Assembly (NCBI GenBank): GCA_973895155.1
Contig: OZ316893.1
Span: 3,206,490-3,270,489, forward strand
From: Marsupella aquatica
Taxonomy: Eukaryota > Plantae > Marchantiophyta
Reading direction: 5' to 3'
DNA: 64,000 bases
This document shows positions 61,453 through 64,000 of this stretch, one piece after another. Each line of letters begins with the position of its first letter. Positions within the stretch are counted from its first letter, which is position 1. The position numbers were made by a program, and so were the translations under genes. Below the pieces are notes generated by a model that saw nothing but the letters and a program-made list of their open reading frames with translations, was not told the origin of the DNA and searched no databases.

Positions 61453-61889
61453 CCAAAGTATGGGGCGTTTCAGTCATTATTAATTTGTAAGGAAGTGCTT
61501 AGAAGTAGGGATGAAGTAAGGGGGTAACAATTCAAAAAGTCTCACTTTTCATCACACAATTCATTGGTTGCCACATGTCAATAAATGATTGGTGGGTTTT
61601 GTGACCTTCCTATTCCTTTTTGAGAGAGTGATTAAATCAAACATGCATGTTCGCAGATGCATGTATAACAACTTCTGTGATCCTAAGGTGAACTTGGGAG
61701 GTAGCTAGGTAGGTACCAATTGTCTCAGTCCCTTAACAATATAACTTATAAAGCGCCAACTACAAGGTAGATCGAGTGAAACCTCTTAATTAAACTGGAA
61801 CTCCATGGCTCATCATGTGGATGAGAAAACTCACGACCAGTATGTCAAATAATAAGCATGTATGCCATTTGTCATGATTTATACGTACT

Positions 61890-63973
61890 TGTGATGCCTA
61901 GACAGGAATCACTCGGCCAGTTAAGTGGGTAAAGCAGGAAGGCACCCTAGGAACACCTTAGTATAGGGACAAAACAAGGAAAATATAAACCATTAGGGGC
62001 AACCATGGAACCCGGGCCGAGGCCGGAGGTAAGGACACTGAGGGTGAAAACTCGATTAGGGTTAGGGCGCGTTAAGCGTCGGCGGCTAAGAAGGATCAAC
62101 GGGAAGAAGGATCGGCAGAGGAGAGGGGTAAGGAGCGCTTGCAGGAGATGGTGGCTCATTTGCGAGCACAAACTAGGCAGACGACTACGGGAGGCCAACT
62201 ACTGTCAACTGCTTAGGCAAGCACTCGGGGAGAGAGTAGATACCGACGATCGACCTAAGGAGGGTATGAGCAACGTCAATCAAGCGGCACATTTCTGGGG
62301 ATGCCTGTTCGAACGGGCAACTAAGTACATCAAGACTTACGAGGACGAGGAATCAGAAAGGGCAGCTCGCTCGATTGTGGGAGCTGCAGAAGACGGCTTT
62401 CTTAGGAGGCGAACTCATCAAGGACGAGTTCCTGTGGACGCCTACTTCCAATCAACTCGACGATCTTTTGTTTTGCAAAGACAGCGTCGTCGGCATCCGA
62501 GAGGCCATCAAGAACTGCAACGACATACACTGGGAATTAAAGGGTAGCACGGAAAGGTGGACCCAGGCAACGGTGCTAGGAGAAACCTCCACGGCAGCAA
62601 AGATGAAGAGGAAGGGAGCTGTCAACGATGAAGCCACCCCGGCAAAAAGAACGAGGTCGGCGGCACCAAAGAAGCCAGCCGAGCAGCAGAGCAGGAGGCA
62701 GGGAGAAGCCGAAGAGGAGGAGGTCGATCCCATCAAGGCCATTCCAACCAGGGATGACACCTGGAAGGGCTGGGCGGCAACCCTACCGGTGGAGGTGCAA
62801 CTACATTTTGCACGGGAGGAGGATGCATGCTTCACGGCCATGTAGACCAAGAAGTACCAAGGCTTCATGGCCGGATTTGGCTTAGAGGCCTTTGTAAGAT
62901 TACCATGGCTGAAGCCAGAGGTACCGGAGTCAGACCTATTAGAATTCGTGGGGTCATGGGAACCCGAGACCAATTGCACGAGGATATATGGGAAGGATTT
63001 CTATCTTACTCCCAAGGTAATTGCTGAAGTGTTTGGCTTGCCGATAGGCAATAAGACCAAAGTTGATACCAAGAAGACCTTGCCTGACAAGGAGTTCCGG
63101 TCGTTCCCTGGGCCATCAACGAAGAATGGCTTCTTCCGGAACACCTGCACCAACCCGCACATAGGAGAGATGATCGACTTCTTGCGGGTGACCATGCATT
63201 GTAACTTGCCAAGGGCAGAGATTGGCAAGGCACAGGTCTATCTGGCAGAAAGGCCAGACCCAAGCCGGGACTACAACGGGTACCTCCTCAACCAATTGAA
63301 GAAGATCTTAAAGGAGGAGCAGCAGGTAATCGGCATGGGGAGCGTGTCGCGGCTTGGCTATCACATGCCGCTGTTGTGCCGGTATGCCAGAGGTCAGACT
63401 TTTGCCCCGGTACTTCCCCTGCAGGTAAGGGCACCCGAGGAAGCTCCAACGCCGAGGCCGTTGGCTGAGAAGCCTCAACCACCTGTTAGCCCTACGATCG
63501 AGCAGGTGTTTAGGCCCAGGAAGGAGGACTTGCCGATGCAGCAACCAGGCATGTAGAGTCTGCTGAAACTACTGGAGAAAGAAAAGAAATCGGCATCGGC
63601 AACAACAACGGCAACGGCAACAATGCAGGACACTACTACAGAGGTAGGCCTACACCGGCTCACAAGAGAAAACCCCTTTGCTGGAGACAAGGAGAGAATC
63701 AAGCCTGAATCCAAGCCAGGTGTTCGAATGTATGTGGGAATCTCAAGCTCCGAATCTGAGGCAGAATTGCCTGAAGCTCCTACCGACGAAGAGGAGAGGG
63801 AGAAGCCGGACGACCAAGAAGTAGAGGAGGCAGTGGAGGACTGCAGCCATGATAATTCCGGCTATGGGTCGGACCATCACGTCCCAAGAGTAAGGACCTG
63901 TGGCCGGTTTGTCCCCACACTTCCAAGGGTAGTGTGAGGGGACCCCAACCAGCAGAGTAGCCCTGAGTCTCCC
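61890..63973 (+). mobile_element. Second family-B LTR copy (5' part) with ORF from ATG 62005
   Basis: Starts TGTGATGCCTAGACAGGAATCACTCGG. Clearly homologous to 37262->35090 (e.g. GLEAFVRLPWLKPEVP...). Confidence 0.88.
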
Positions 63974-64000
63974 TGTGATGCCTAGACAGGAATCACTCGG
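63974..64000 (+). mobile_element. Start of a third family-B LTR inserted inside the second
   Basis: 27/27 identity to 61890-61916. It interrupts the QQSSPESP(PPEV) coding sequence that is intact in the 32541-37262 copy. Confidence 0.75.

Overview
Repeat-rich eukaryotic DNA from a land plant. It has GT-AG introns, a plant NPF transporter and plant tRNA-primed LTR elements; a bryophyte/liverwort-like origin is my inference only. One clear host gene is present: a 5-exon NPF/NRT1-PTR transporter (22312-25658, minus). The rest is nested mobile DNA, in order: (1) a complete Ty3/gypsy element (951-13670, AAAAT TSD) whose 4-kb LTR itself encodes a ~880-aa protein; (2) a TTAA-flanked Kolobok-like DNA transposon (13775-21851) with a transposase and a KolX/P2X7-ballast-like gene; (3) a decayed, intron-containing ParB-like + beta-class N4C/N6A DNA amino-methyltransferase gene (29260-32319) set head-to-head with a DUF7869/Sola-like DDE transposase (37883-40280), their shared promoter region split by a 4.7-kb gene-carrying solo LTR; (4) a CACTA TnpD remnant interrupted by a young Ty1/copia; (5) an unclassified region with SAM-like and RPA1-C-like genes; (6) further copies of the gene-carrying LTR at the right edge. 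The two best candidates for new biology are the transposon-linked DNA amino-methyltransferase and the giant protein-coding LTRs found in two diverged families. All family assignments come from motif recognition by eye; no database searches were run.
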